Assembly: GCA_964510025.1 (NCBI GenBank)
Contig: CAZDZV010000004.1
Span: 611 to 64,610, forward strand
DNA from: an uncultured Methanosarcinales archaeon
Lineage (GTDB): Archaea > Nanobdellota > Nanobdellia > Woesearchaeales > DATDXC01
Reading direction: 5' to 3'
DNA: 64,000 nucleotides
The position numbers and the translations under genes were made by a program. The notes under the pieces are model-generated. The model was not told the origin of the DNA and ran no database searches. It was given only the letters and a program-made list of their open reading frames with translations. This document shows positions 9,185 to 18,236 of this stretch, in pieces (position 1 is the stretch's first letter; each line of letters opens with the position of its first letter).

Positions 9185-10389
9185 GCCTGTTCACCCCACA
9201 GCAAGGCTATTGTCTTCTGGTCAAGCATCCGCCTGACAGGTATGATGCCAGCCAGTATAGCAACTAAGATAAAACCCACAGCTGGCACGATCACGAACTG
9301 CCATTTTATTATAGGCACTATCATCCCTATCGGAAAAGGTATGGGGTTATTGGTGAAATATGGTATTACAAAAGCGTACATGCATAATGTGCTTATCAGG
9401 ATGCCGCAAATGCAGAAAAATAACGACTGCATGGTGTAGGACAAGACCACAGCATCCTTGCTGACACCTATGGCTTTCATCAGGCCGATATGCTTCTTCT
9501 TCTGTATAAGGTTAAGGTAAAGCACTATCACGATGGAAAAAGCTGCTACGAAAAGGCTGATCGTGCCCAGCACAAGCTCTATTATGGCAAAGCTGTCAGA
9601 GAGGTTTTCTGAAAGCCCCCGCCTCTCCCACCAGAAATATATCTTATCTGTGCCCGCGATGTTGAAGATATCCCTCTTTATCCTGAGCATATCCTGGTGC
9701 TTGGAAGTCTTTACAACCACAGCTGATGCCTGGTCCTGAAACCCTAGCAGCTCTTCGATCTCTTCTTCCCTGAAAAATATTTCAAGGTCGATATCATATA
9801 TGTTTGCGTCCAATACGCCCTTTATCTCATATTCCTTCTCTGCACTGCCAAAATTAATTATGATCTTGTCCCCCAGATCTGCCTTCAGCGAGTATTCCTC
9901 AAGATAGGACCCGTATTTGCCCGAAACATCCTTGCCTATCAGCACCTCATCCCTGTCCATCTTCTCTAGGAACTCGCCGGCTACCAGTGTCTGCCTGAGA
10001 TCTATCCCGGCTGCCGCATCTTCGTCGCTTATCGTCCTTGTGTCAAAGAACCTTGTCCTGTTCTCCAGTGTCGCAAATGCAGGGATGTGGTAGAAAGAGC
10101 TTACCCCGCTAACGCCCTTTATGCTTAGAATCTTTTTTTTCAGCTGTTCCACATCATCTATGAATTTGCCTTCCTCATCAGACTCGAGCTTTATATCTGA
10201 GGTCAGGAAATCCCTGATGTTCCTGTCCAGCCTCTCATTTACCCCCTCAAAAAATGACATGATAAACACGATATTGGCAAAAGCAGCAGATATTATGAGG
10301 ATGATCAGGATGAGCGTAGCTTTTTTTGACTTTGCTATGAACTTCCATGACAGGAAAAGAGCAAGCTTCAGCTCATTAGCTTTCATCAA
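9181..10389 (-). CDS. ABC transporter permease, FtsX/MacB-type with large extracytoplasmic domain
   Basis: N-terminal TM, then a ~230 aa loop, then three C-terminal TM helices. 4-nt overlap with the ATPase gene. Confidence 0.75.
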   Translation of the reverse strand: MMKANELKLALFLSWKFIAKSKKATLILIILIISAAFANIVFIMSFFEGVNERLDRNIRDFLTSDIKLESDEEGKFIDDVEQLKKKILSIKGVSGVSSFYHIPAFATLENRTRFFDTRTISDEDAAAGIDLRQTLVAGEFLEKMDRDEVLIGKDVSGKYGSYLEEYSLKADLGDKIIINFGSAEKEYEIKGVLDANIYDIDLEIFFREEEIEELLGFQDQASAVVVKTSKHQDMLRIKRDIFNIAGTDKIYFWWERRGLSENLSDSFAIIELVLGTISLFVAAFSIVIVLYLNLIQKKKHIGLMKAIGVSKDAVVLSYTMQSLFFCICGILISTLCMYAFVIPYFTNNPIPFPIGMIVPIIKWQFVIVPAVGFILVAILAGIIPVRRMLDQKTIALLWGEQA

Positions 10390-11519
10390 TACCCCTTTTT
10401 TCTAACCAAATATGCTCCGATAGCTATACCTGCTACAGCCAGAACGATCCAGAACAAAACCAGGGCAAGCTTGAATCCTGACCTGACATTCACGCTAAGC
10501 TCGTCTCTTAGCGTATGCGAGCCTCCGTCATCCTTGTATGATATTGCTACCTCAACATTCTTATCGCCGAACCCTCTTGGTATGAAAGTGAAGGCTATCT
10601 GCTCATCCTCTTCGCTCTTGATATTTCCAAGATATGCCTTCTGCTCCTCGCCGTCAACTGAAAAGACCACCTCTGTATTCTTTGCATCTCCTTTCCCGTT
10701 GTTCTCTACAACAAGGTATGCCAGCGCCTCCATGCCGCTCCGCAGAATAGCAGGCTCAAATTTCAGCTTCTGCACTCCTAGCTCAGCTATATTCATGATC
10801 TCTATGCCTATGTTCTGCGTTTCTGTATAGCTGTTCAGAAGGTTGTCCTCATACTCGATCTGCAGCGGGATAAAGTAAGAATCAGGCGTTATGGTCTCTG
10901 ACACGTAGAACTCAAGATCCACAGACCTTTCCTGATTGACATCGATCTCATCTATCAGGATCGTGTTGCTTCCCGCCAGCACAAAATTATCCGTGGTAGA
11001 GGTTATCCTTATGTTATTGGCGGTTCCTGTCCCTATATTCTTGAACTTCAGCTTTGCCACGAATCCCTCCTTCGGAGCTATGCTGCTTGCATCAGACTCA
11101 TAGAAGAAGATGATGTCCGGCTTGCCTGTTATCTTGATATTTGCAGTCTTCTTTATCGAAAGCTGGTCGGCAGCGGTTATCTGGAAGACTACAGGATAGT
11201 TGCCTGATACTGCGGTGCTGCTTGCCCTGAAATAGAAGGTTACCTGCTTTGAGCACCCGATGCAGATCGATTTCTCGATATCGGTCGTATCCTTTGTCTT
11301 CAGCACAATCGGCCCTTCCACCCTGGGTGTAACTTCCACGTCGCTGATGGACTTATCACCGTTATTCTGAAGCTGAAGGGTCACTGTAAAGTCATTGCCT
11401 GGCTCCACAACATTCGGGTCGATATCCTCAACTATGACATTCAGGTTCAGTGTGCCCACATCAGCAGAAACGATACAAGAGGCTATAAGGACAAATACCA
11501 ATATTCTGCAATTTATCAT
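10386..11519 (-). CDS. Secreted beta-sandwich-repeat (CARDB/DUF11-like) surface protein with C-terminal TM anchor
   Basis: Signal peptide 'MINCRILVFVLIASCIVSA' (start chosen at 11519; the ORF-track start at 11579 would overlap the upstream gene). Repeated ~100 aa Thr/Val/Asn-rich modules. C-terminal 'LVLFWIVLAVAGIAIGAYLVRKK'. 4-nt overlap with the permease gene. Confidence 0.5.
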   Translation of the reverse strand: MINCRILVFVLIASCIVSADVGTLNLNVIVEDIDPNVVEPGNDFTVTLQLQNNGDKSISDVEVTPRVEGPIVLKTKDTTDIEKSICIGCSKQVTFYFRASSTAVSGNYPVVFQITAADQLSIKKTANIKITGKPDIIFFYESDASSIAPKEGFVAKLKFKNIGTGTANNIRITSTTDNFVLAGSNTILIDEIDVNQERSVDLEFYVSETITPDSYFIPLQIEYEDNLLNSYTETQNIGIEIMNIAELGVQKLKFEPAILRSGMEALAYLVVENNGKGDAKNTEVVFSVDGEEQKAYLGNIKSEEDEQIAFTFIPRGFGDKNVEVAISYKDDGGSHTLRDELSVNVRSGFKLALVLFWIVLAVAGIAIGAYLVRKKGY

Positions 11520-11553
11520 CAGTTCACCTCTTTTTAGACAAAAATGGAGATTA

Positions 11554-12723
11554 TTATTTATTAATGTTTCTATATGCATAGAATTTTTTTTCTTTCCTGG
11601 CCATATCTCTCAGCAGCCTGCAGCATTCAAACCTGCTGCCGTATTTCCTTTCCAACGCACCTAGACGCATGACTATCTGGCCCAAGCCTGTCCTGTCCGC
11701 AAATCTCATAGGCCCCATCGTAGCTGGAGAAAATCCCATCCCGAAAACCATGGCTATGTCAAGCATCTGAGCATCATCTATGATGCCTTCTTCTATGCAT
11801 CTTGCTGACTCGTTTACTATGGTGAGGATCATCCTTTCCAGATAGTCTCCCCCTTTCCTTCTTTTTATCAGCCTGTACACTGCCTTATTCTCCCTTCCTT
11901 GAATGAAAAAACTTATATTCCCTTGTGCCATCTTTTTTAGCAGCTTTACATTCTTAAATCTGGGCATGCGCGACAAGTTTTCTGCAACATCAGCGCAAAG
12001 CCTGCTGCCTAATAGGTCCATCATCTGAAAAGGCCCGGCCAGCATGCCAAACCTCTTCATCATCATATCTGCCTTCTCTATGCCTAGGCCGTCCTGCAGG
12101 CATCTCAAAGCCTCACTAAGATAGAATGCGTTTATCCTGCTGATAAGGAAGCCAGGCCCATCATTTACCCTTATGGGCATCTTTCCAAGCTTGTGGAGAA
12201 GATGCATCATAGCCTTTGTGGTTTTTTCGCCTGTTTTTTTGCCTGCCACAACCTCAACAATAGGCCTGCTGTCTGCCGGATAGAAAAAATGCAGACCTAA
12301 AAAATTGCTTGGGTAGCGGTATGAGCCAGCCAGCGCAGCGACAGGGATAGAGCTGGTATTTGATGCTGCTATAGCCCTGCCTTCTATCTTCCTGAAGACG
12401 CTTTTCTTTATCCTTATATTCTCAGGTACAGCCTCTATGACCAGGTCGCAATCGTCCATATCATAGCTTTCTGTGACCTCAACGTATTTTTTGACTTCAG
12501 CATGAGATTTCTTTCTGGAATTGCCATAGGCAGCCCCTTTTTCCAACAGCCTGTTTATCGTAGCTTCTGTCTTGCGTCTTACCTTGAGCTTGACAGGGAT
12601 TTTCTTAAGGGCAAAAAACCTGGCTATGCTGCTGCCCATGAGCCCTGAACCTATCACGCATACCTTGCTTATCCTGTCATCAACAACCTCAGGCTTGATA
12701 TACCGTTTTCTTAGAAGCATCAT
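11554..12723 (-). CDS. 3-hydroxyacyl-CoA dehydrogenase
   Basis: Rossmann 'VCVIGSGLMGSSIA' plus a C-terminal 3HCDH-like domain. Start set at the Met-Met at 12723, 23 nt after the upstream stop. The ORF-track start at 12855 would overlap the upstream gene. Confidence 0.8.
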   Translation of the reverse strand: MMLLRKRYIKPEVVDDRISKVCVIGSGLMGSSIARFFALKKIPVKLKVRRKTEATINRLLEKGAAYGNSRKKSHAEVKKYVEVTESYDMDDCDLVIEAVPENIRIKKSVFRKIEGRAIAASNTSSIPVAALAGSYRYPSNFLGLHFFYPADSRPIVEVVAGKKTGEKTTKAMMHLLHKLGKMPIRVNDGPGFLISRINAFYLSEALRCLQDGLGIEKADMMMKRFGMLAGPFQMMDLLGSRLCADVAENLSRMPRFKNVKLLKKMAQGNISFFIQGRENKAVYRLIKRRKGGDYLERMILTIVNESARCIEEGIIDDAQMLDIAMVFGMGFSPATMGPMRFADRTGLGQIVMRLGALERKYGSRFECCRLLRDMARKEKKFYAYRNINK

Positions 12724-12745
12724 GCTGATGTATCTGACCAGGACA

Positions 12746-14074
12746 TTATTTGAGAATATGCTGGAATTTCCTTTCATAATCCACACCTGTATTGTAAGGA
12801 AAATCATGATAAAGGTAGACTTCTGCCTTAAGCTTTCTCTGGATGGCCTTTTCAATCTTCCTAAGGATTGTTTTTTTCTTCCCCTTTTTCAGCTGAAATT
12901 TCACCTTTTTGCCTTGAATGACAAAATTGCCTGTTATGGCTTCAGCTACCTCATGGTCCCTGTATATGGCTTGCTTGATGTCATTTGCAGAAATCCTGGC
13001 GCTGGTGGATTCACTCCTTCTGTTGCCTACAGCTACGAAAGGAAGCTTGAATTCAGGCATCAGCTCATGGTAGCCATGCCTTTGCAGCAGCTCCTTCATC
13101 CTTTCATTTGTGATTATCATCCCGCAATCGTGCGAATTATATCTGATCAGCGGTATCTTGGATGAGCCCAGTATAGTAAAAACAAGCTCTGAATCCATGT
13201 TGTTTTCAGGCAGTGACTCCAGGAATATGCGGCTGGGGAGATAGTTGAAGATAAATGGCGCTGCATCTACCTGGCCAAACAGCGCATTTCTAAGCTTTTT
13301 GTCTTTTTGCGCAGCTTTCCTTATCCTTATGCACTCTGCTGTCTCCTGAAAAAGGCTAAGCCCTAATTCTGATATGCCGAATGTGGCAAAATGCTTGTTT
13401 TCCCCGACGATAGAAGCTATATATTCCCTGAAGCTCTCAGAGAACCACTCTCCCCCTATGATGAAAAAGACATTCAGCGATTTCCAGTCAAGGCCCGCAT
13501 CCTTTCCATCCTCTACTATCTTCTTCAGATAGTTAGGATCTCCCACAAGGATTATTTGCTCAAAGTCATCCTTTATCTGCCTGATCAGAGCGATGACACT
13601 GTCGCTCCTTACACTTGTGTCTGTGCTTGGAAGTTCTGTATCGACCCTTACCCCCATGGGGTTGAAGTTGATAAGGTAGGTGCTGCGCCTGGATATCTCG
13701 AAATACATCTCAAGAAAGAGGTCAAGGGTCTTTTTTGTCATCTCCATCTCCCTTTCATCAACTGCTGCGTAGGAAAATTTTCCAGAATGGCCGCTGCTCA
13801 GCAGTATGGACCTTAGGCCGTCAAAACCTTTGACGCATAATTCCTTCAGCTTATATTTTGTGAACAGCTTATCCTTGTCCACTATGGGCACTTTCTGCTG
13901 AAAATCGGCCATGCTGCTGGCATCTATCCCATTGTAGATCTCATTGTAGGCTGCTGTTCCCTTCTTTGCCCTCTTGAATGCCCTGATGGCTTTCTTTTCG
14001 CTGCCTGAGCAGGGTGCCTGGCAGATAGACCTTCTGAAGGCATGTGCTTTCCTCGCTAATATATGCCGGTTCAT
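12746..14074 (-). CDS. Adenylate-forming enzyme, phenylacetate-CoA ligase/F390-synthetase-like
   Basis: 'LLSSGHSGKFSYA' resembles the PaaK 'SSGTTGKP' motif. About 440 aa, matching that family's length. Confidence 0.5.
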   Translation of the reverse strand: MNRHILARKAHAFRRSICQAPCSGSEKKAIRAFKRAKKGTAAYNEIYNGIDASSMADFQQKVPIVDKDKLFTKYKLKELCVKGFDGLRSILLSSGHSGKFSYAAVDEREMEMTKKTLDLFLEMYFEISRRSTYLINFNPMGVRVDTELPSTDTSVRSDSVIALIRQIKDDFEQIILVGDPNYLKKIVEDGKDAGLDWKSLNVFFIIGGEWFSESFREYIASIVGENKHFATFGISELGLSLFQETAECIRIRKAAQKDKKLRNALFGQVDAAPFIFNYLPSRIFLESLPENNMDSELVFTILGSSKIPLIRYNSHDCGMIITNERMKELLQRHGYHELMPEFKLPFVAVGNRRSESTSARISANDIKQAIYRDHEVAEAITGNFVIQGKKVKFQLKKGKKKTILRKIEKAIQRKLKAEVYLYHDFPYNTGVDYERKFQHILK

Positions 14075-14898
14075 TCTATCATCCTGTTGAAATTCTCCGC
14101 AAATATCTTCTCTTTTATCCTTCCTGGTATCCTTAGCTTTTTTATCGCCCTCACAAATTCCTTCATGCTGTGAAGCCTGCTTCCAAAAGGCGTGGGATAG
14201 TCTGTACCGAATATTATCTTGTCTTCCCCTATCCTCTGGATAAGGTCCATTGTAAGGATCTTAGCAATCTCATACGGGTAGGCAGCGGTGTCTATATATA
14301 CATTAGGATGCTTCTCCACCACCATAAAAGCCTCATTGTGCCATAGTGTGCCAAGGTGGGTAAGCATTATCTTGAGTTCCGGAAACCGGTTCGCCACCTC
14401 GTCAATGAGGATAGGGTTTGCCTGGTCAAGCTTCACCATGTCTGCAAAAGGCGTGGATCCTATATGGAATACCGCAGGGATCCCAAGCTTTGATATCTTT
14501 TCGTACACAGGAAAAACCCTCTTATCATTGGGATAGAAGTTCTGCAGAGGCGGGTGGAATTTGCAGCCCTTCATACCATATCTTTTAACTGCCTTTTCCA
14601 GCTCTGCATCAGCATCCTCTTTCAGAGGGTTCACAGATGCAAAGCCTATCAGGATATCAGAGTCTGCCAGAGAGGCTACATACTCGTTCGATGCAGTCAC
14701 GAGCGGAGCATCCACTGCATAAAGCACACATTTGGTTATGCCTGCTTCGTGCATCTGCCTGAATAGCATCTCCTTCTCCAGGTAAGGCATGACCTTGTCA
14801 TAGTCCTTATATACAGGATTTGAACCAAGCGTATCCTTTACCTTGCCTGACAGTGCCTTCTTTTCTATCATATGAACATGCGCATTGATTATTTCCAT
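14071..14898 (-). CDS. Metal-dependent amidohydrolase (amidohydrolase-2/TIM-barrel)
   Basis: N-terminal 'INAHVHM' HxH metal-binding motif with later His/Asp ligands. ATGA overlap with the downstream ligase gene. Confidence 0.6.
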   Translation of the reverse strand: MEIINAHVHMIEKKALSGKVKDTLGSNPVYKDYDKVMPYLEKEMLFRQMHEAGITKCVLYAVDAPLVTASNEYVASLADSDILIGFASVNPLKEDADAELEKAVKRYGMKGCKFHPPLQNFYPNDKRVFPVYEKISKLGIPAVFHIGSTPFADMVKLDQANPILIDEVANRFPELKIMLTHLGTLWHNEAFMVVEKHPNVYIDTAAYPYEIAKILTMDLIQRIGEDKIIFGTDYPTPFGSRLHSMKEFVRAIKKLRIPGRIKEKIFAENFNRMIE

Positions 14899-15686
14899 CT
14901 TAGCACCTTGTCCCAGAACGGGTCAAAAAGAGTGTATTGCGGAGCGTAGGATATCCTCCCCATCTTCAGGATTATCTTGACTATCTCCAGGCTCATCATC
15001 ACAGACGTAAGCCAGACCAGGGGCGCAAAGGCCCTGCCATGCTCTTTTCCCTGCACTATCTTATTGACTATGCCTTTTTCATAGTATTTTTCAGCGCCAT
15101 GTATCTTTGTAAGGCCTTTCAGTACAGAAAGGGATTCTTTTTCCAGAGCGCCATCAAGGCTCCTGCCTTTTGTAGGCAGCTTATATACATCCTCAAGGCT
15201 TGGTGTTTTTTTTGTGTAGACCCTGATGTTGCCGTACGGTATCGCCCATCCCTCCACCAAAGGGACGTTCAGCTTCCTGGCTGCCCTCGAAAGCAGGATG
15301 CATTCCCTGAGCCCGTCAAGCGCCAACGCTGCTGCATCGCATCCTTTCACAATCTTCTCTGCCTCGGTATGGTCTGAAAATTTTTCTATCCTTATCTCAG
15401 GATTGATGTCCTTCAGGAACCTTTCAGCCACATCCATTTTTGGCTTTCCCAGGGTTGAGGCAAAAGCGAATATTTGCCTGTTCCTGTTGGACGAATCGAA
15501 AACATCCCTATCCAGTATCTTTAGATGGCCTACACCAGCTCTCGCAAGCAGCTCTGCAACACAGCCCCCCAGCCCCCCCAGCCCAAAAACACCGACACAA
15601 GACTTTCTCAGCTTTTCCTGCTGCCTCTTTGTGAGCATCCCTACAGTTCTCTGTACAAGCTCATGATAGTTCTTGGACCAGTGCAA
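14889..15686 (-). CDS. ThiF/MoeB/HesA-family E1-like adenylyltransferase
   Basis: 'LRKSCVGVFGLGGLGGCVAELLARAGVGHLKILDRDVFDSSNRNRQ' is the canonical ThiF/MoeB nucleotide-binding segment. TTG start lies 2 nt after the M42 stop. Confidence 0.8.
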   Translation of the reverse strand: MHWSKNYHELVQRTVGMLTKRQQEKLRKSCVGVFGLGGLGGCVAELLARAGVGHLKILDRDVFDSSNRNRQIFAFASTLGKPKMDVAERFLKDINPEIRIEKFSDHTEAEKIVKGCDAAALALDGLRECILLSRAARKLNVPLVEGWAIPYGNIRVYTKKTPSLEDVYKLPTKGRSLDGALEKESLSVLKGLTKIHGAEKYYEKGIVNKIVQGKEHGRAFAPLVWLTSVMMSLEIVKIILKMGRISYAPQYTLFDPFWDKVLRWK

Positions 15687-15687
15687 T

Positions 15688-16692
15688 TTATCTCCTCAAA
15701 AGGCTGTAGAGCAGCTTGTAGGTGCTGCTGATGTCATCAAGGCTTGCAATAGTGAACGTCGTATGGACGTTCCTTACCGGGACGCAGACAACTGTGCATG
15801 GGATGCCCTCCTTGGATACCTCGATATTTGTGGCATCGGTAGTTCCCTTGTCATTTATCTCAAGCTGATACTTAATCCTGTTTTTCTTGGCTATGAGCTT
15901 CAGGTTGCTGTTTATCTTGCTGTCTGAGATCATATTTGTGTCCTCCACTGTGATGGCAGGCCCGTTCCCAAGGCAGATGTTTGCATCCTCCTGGCTGTCG
16001 TCAGCATCTGTCACGTCTACTGCGATGGCATAGTCAGGATCCAGCTTATAGGCATATGTAGAACCTCCGCTGAGACCTATCTCTTCCTGTATCGAAAAAA
16101 CATAGTATATCTCATGGGGGGACTTCTTCAGGCTTTTCGCCAGCTTCAGGAGCATGGCGCATCCTATCCTGTTGTCCAGCGCCTTAGAGCATACCTTGTT
16201 TCCCATCAGCATCGGTTGGGTCCTAAAGAAGATGTTTGAGCCGACCTCTACGCCTAAGCCAGTAAGCTCTTTCTTTGTCCGGCCTGTGTCAAGAACAATA
16301 TCCGAAAGCTTGAGGTTTTCCTCCAGCGGATCCCCCCTGGATATGTTCCTTGTCGTCAGGACGCCGTTTATCTCGCCTCTGCCTGCTCTGACAGATACTT
16401 TCTCGCCGATGAAAAGGTTGAAGTCCGCGGCGCCTACCGGCTCGACCCCGATAAATCCGTCGTGATGTATATTTTTCACAAGAAATCCTATCTCATCCAT
16501 ATGCGCAGCCAATAGCACCTTTTTTTTCCTGCCCTTGTGCACCGCAATAAGGTTTCCGAGCTTGTCGATCCGTATCTCATCAACATATGGTTTTATCTTC
16601 TTCCTGATGAAGTCCCTGACAGCTGTCTCAAATCCAGAAAGCCCATTCAATGATAATAGCTTTAGCAATAGAAACCTGTCCTCTTTTTTCAT
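15688..16692 (-). CDS. M42 family peptidase (FrvX/glutamyl aminopeptidase-like)
   Basis: 334 aa. N-terminal 'LSLNGLSGFE...AVHKGRKKKVLLAAHMDEIGF' is typical of the M42 family. Confidence 0.75.
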   Translation of the reverse strand: MKKEDRFLLLKLLSLNGLSGFETAVRDFIRKKIKPYVDEIRIDKLGNLIAVHKGRKKKVLLAAHMDEIGFLVKNIHHDGFIGVEPVGAADFNLFIGEKVSVRAGRGEINGVLTTRNISRGDPLEENLKLSDIVLDTGRTKKELTGLGVEVGSNIFFRTQPMLMGNKVCSKALDNRIGCAMLLKLAKSLKKSPHEIYYVFSIQEEIGLSGGSTYAYKLDPDYAIAVDVTDADDSQEDANICLGNGPAITVEDTNMISDSKINSNLKLIAKKNRIKYQLEINDKGTTDATNIEVSKEGIPCTVVCVPVRNVHTTFTIASLDDISSTYKLLYSLLRR

Positions 16693-16725
16693 CTGTCCAC
16701 CTAAATTAAAAAAATTAAAAAAAAA

Positions 16726-16875
16726 TTATCTTCTTGTTCTTCTCCTAGCAGTCCTTCTGGCTGTTGTTCTTCTTCCTGTGGTCCTTCTGGCTGTTGTTCG
16801 TCTCGCTGTCCTTTTTGCAGTTCTTCTTCCTGTCCTTCTTGTTGTCCTTTTTGCAGTTCTTCTTCTTGCTACCAT
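16726..16875 (-). CDS. Small (49 aa) extremely Arg/Thr-rich repetitive peptide
   Basis: Translation derived by hand: MVARRRTAKRTTRRTGRRTAKRTARRTTARRTTGRRTTARRTARRRTRR. Strong SD 'AAAGGAGGT' lies 6 nt upstream, T-tracts follow the stop, and a TATA-like 'atttatatac' sits ~55 nt upstream. Too short for the ORF track. Confidence 0.3.
   Translation of the reverse strand: MVARRRTAKRTTRRTGRRTAKRTARRTTARRTTGRRTTARRTARRRTRR
16741..16871. repeat. Imperfect tandem direct repeats (~30 nt x2, ~36 nt x2) inside the small Arg-rich ORF
   Basis: 'tccttctggctgttgttc..' occurs twice and 'tcctttttgcagttcttcttc..' occurs twice in direct succession. Confidence 0.6.
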
Positions 16876-16947
16876 TTTTTACCTCCTTTTTGTCTGGACT
16901 CGCCAAACATATAATTCCTCTCTAGAATTATGTATATAAATATCTTT

Positions 16948-18192
16948 CTATTTTATGTCTTCTATCCTTATCACAACTGTCTTTTCTTTTACAAAATCCT
17001 GCCTGTTTATTTCCTTCACAGCTTTTATCATGTTTTCTTCCATCGCATCATGGGTAGTCATGATCAGCGGAACTATCTTCTTGTTCGCCTCTTTCTGCTG
17101 CACCCCGGCGATGCTTATGTCGTTGTCTCCCAGTATCTTGGATATTTTTGCGAGCACGCCCGGCCTGTCTACTACCTGCGCCCGAAGGTAATACCTTGAG
17201 ATTATTTTTTTAATGTCCTTTGTCCTTGCATGGCGAAAACTATGATCCATCCTCTTGCCTTTTGCTATGTCTATTATGTCGCCGACAACTACGGTGGCTG
17301 TAGGCAGCTGCCCTGCGCCTTTTCCGTACAGCATGGTCTTGCCTGTGTTCTCCCCTATCACATAGACAGCATTAAGCTCATTTTTTACTGTAGCCAGCTC
17401 ATGGTCTGCAGGGATCATGGTGGGATGTACCCTTAGCTCTATCTCCTTGTTGATATTTTTTGCGATCGCCAGCAGCTTTATTGTGTAGTTAAGCTCTCTT
17501 GCATAGCTTAGGTCGTTCTTGCTGATCTTTGTTATGCCCCAGCTTAGTATGTCATCCTCAAGCCTGGCATCAAATGCCAGGGAAGACAGTATCACCAGCT
17601 TCTGTGCTGCATCCTTCCCCTCTACATCAAAGCTCGGGTCAGCTTCTGCGAATCCAAGCTTCTGCGCCTTCTTGAGCGCCTCCTCATAGGGCATGCCTTC
17701 CTCCATCTTGGTGAGTATATAGTTTGTAGTCCCGTTCAATATGCCGTATATCTCCCTTATGTTGTCTGAAAGATAGCTTTCTGTGATTGTCTTGACTATA
17801 GGTATGCAGCCGCCGACAGCTGCCTCAAACCCAAGCCCTGCCCTGTTTTTCCTTGCTGCCTCAAAAATCTCGTTGCCATACTTGGCAATGACTGCCTTGT
17901 TTGCCGTAACAACATGCTTTTTTTTCTTAAGCGCCTTCATGATGATGTCCTTTGCCGGATTGTAGCCGCCGATCAGCTCAACAACGATGTCTATAGAATC
18001 ATCATCTAATATCTCATTATAATCTTTGCAGACCTCCTTGATGCCCAGCTTTCTTGCTGCTGCCTCATCAAGGTCGCATACCTTAAGATTTATATCTAGC
18101 CCGGCTCTCTTCTTGGTCAGGCCTGACCTCACTATCTTGACAACACCGGCTCCTATCGTGCCTATGCCTATTAGACCCACATTAACCTGCAT
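16948..18192 (-). CDS. hom: Homoserine dehydrogenase with C-terminal ACT domain
   Basis: 'NVGLIGIGTIGAGVVKIV' NAD-binding N-terminus, a catalytic-domain-length middle, and a C-terminal ACT-like 'YYLRAQVVDRPGVLAKISKILG'. Confidence 0.9.
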   Translation of the reverse strand: MQVNVGLIGIGTIGAGVVKIVRSGLTKKRAGLDINLKVCDLDEAAARKLGIKEVCKDYNEILDDDSIDIVVELIGGYNPAKDIIMKALKKKKHVVTANKAVIAKYGNEIFEAARKNRAGLGFEAAVGGCIPIVKTITESYLSDNIREIYGILNGTTNYILTKMEEGMPYEEALKKAQKLGFAEADPSFDVEGKDAAQKLVILSSLAFDARLEDDILSWGITKISKNDLSYARELNYTIKLLAIAKNINKEIELRVHPTMIPADHELATVKNELNAVYVIGENTGKTMLYGKGAGQLPTATVVVGDIIDIAKGKRMDHSFRHARTKDIKKIISRYYLRAQVVDRPGVLAKISKILGDNDISIAGVQQKEANKKIVPLIMTTHDAMEENMIKAVKEINRQDFVKEKTVVIRIEDIK

Positions 18193-18236
18193 TTTCTCTG
18201 ATTATTCAACTTTTCTTTATAAATATTTTTATAGAA

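Noticed and set aside
12746-12855. Upstream extension of the 3-hydroxyacyl-CoA dehydrogenase ORF to 12855
   Set aside because: It would overlap the upstream ligase gene by >100 nt and adds a non-conserved leader. The Met-Met at 12723 sits just before the Rossmann motif and 23 nt after the upstream stop.
14937-15731. Plus-strand ORFs antisense to ThiF (14937-15377, 15226-15666, 15440-15634, 15525-15731)
   Set aside because: Shadow ORFs opposite a gene with a clear ThiF/MoeB nucleotide-binding motif. Pro/Ser-rich, with no start context.
16535-16939. Plus-strand ORF encoding Leu/Val/Ala repeats ('LLAVVLLPVVLLAVVRLAVLF...')
   Set aside because: It is the reverse-strand read-through of the tandem repeat. 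It lacks an RBS and sits antisense to a better-supported small ORF with an SD and terminator. Probably not coding.
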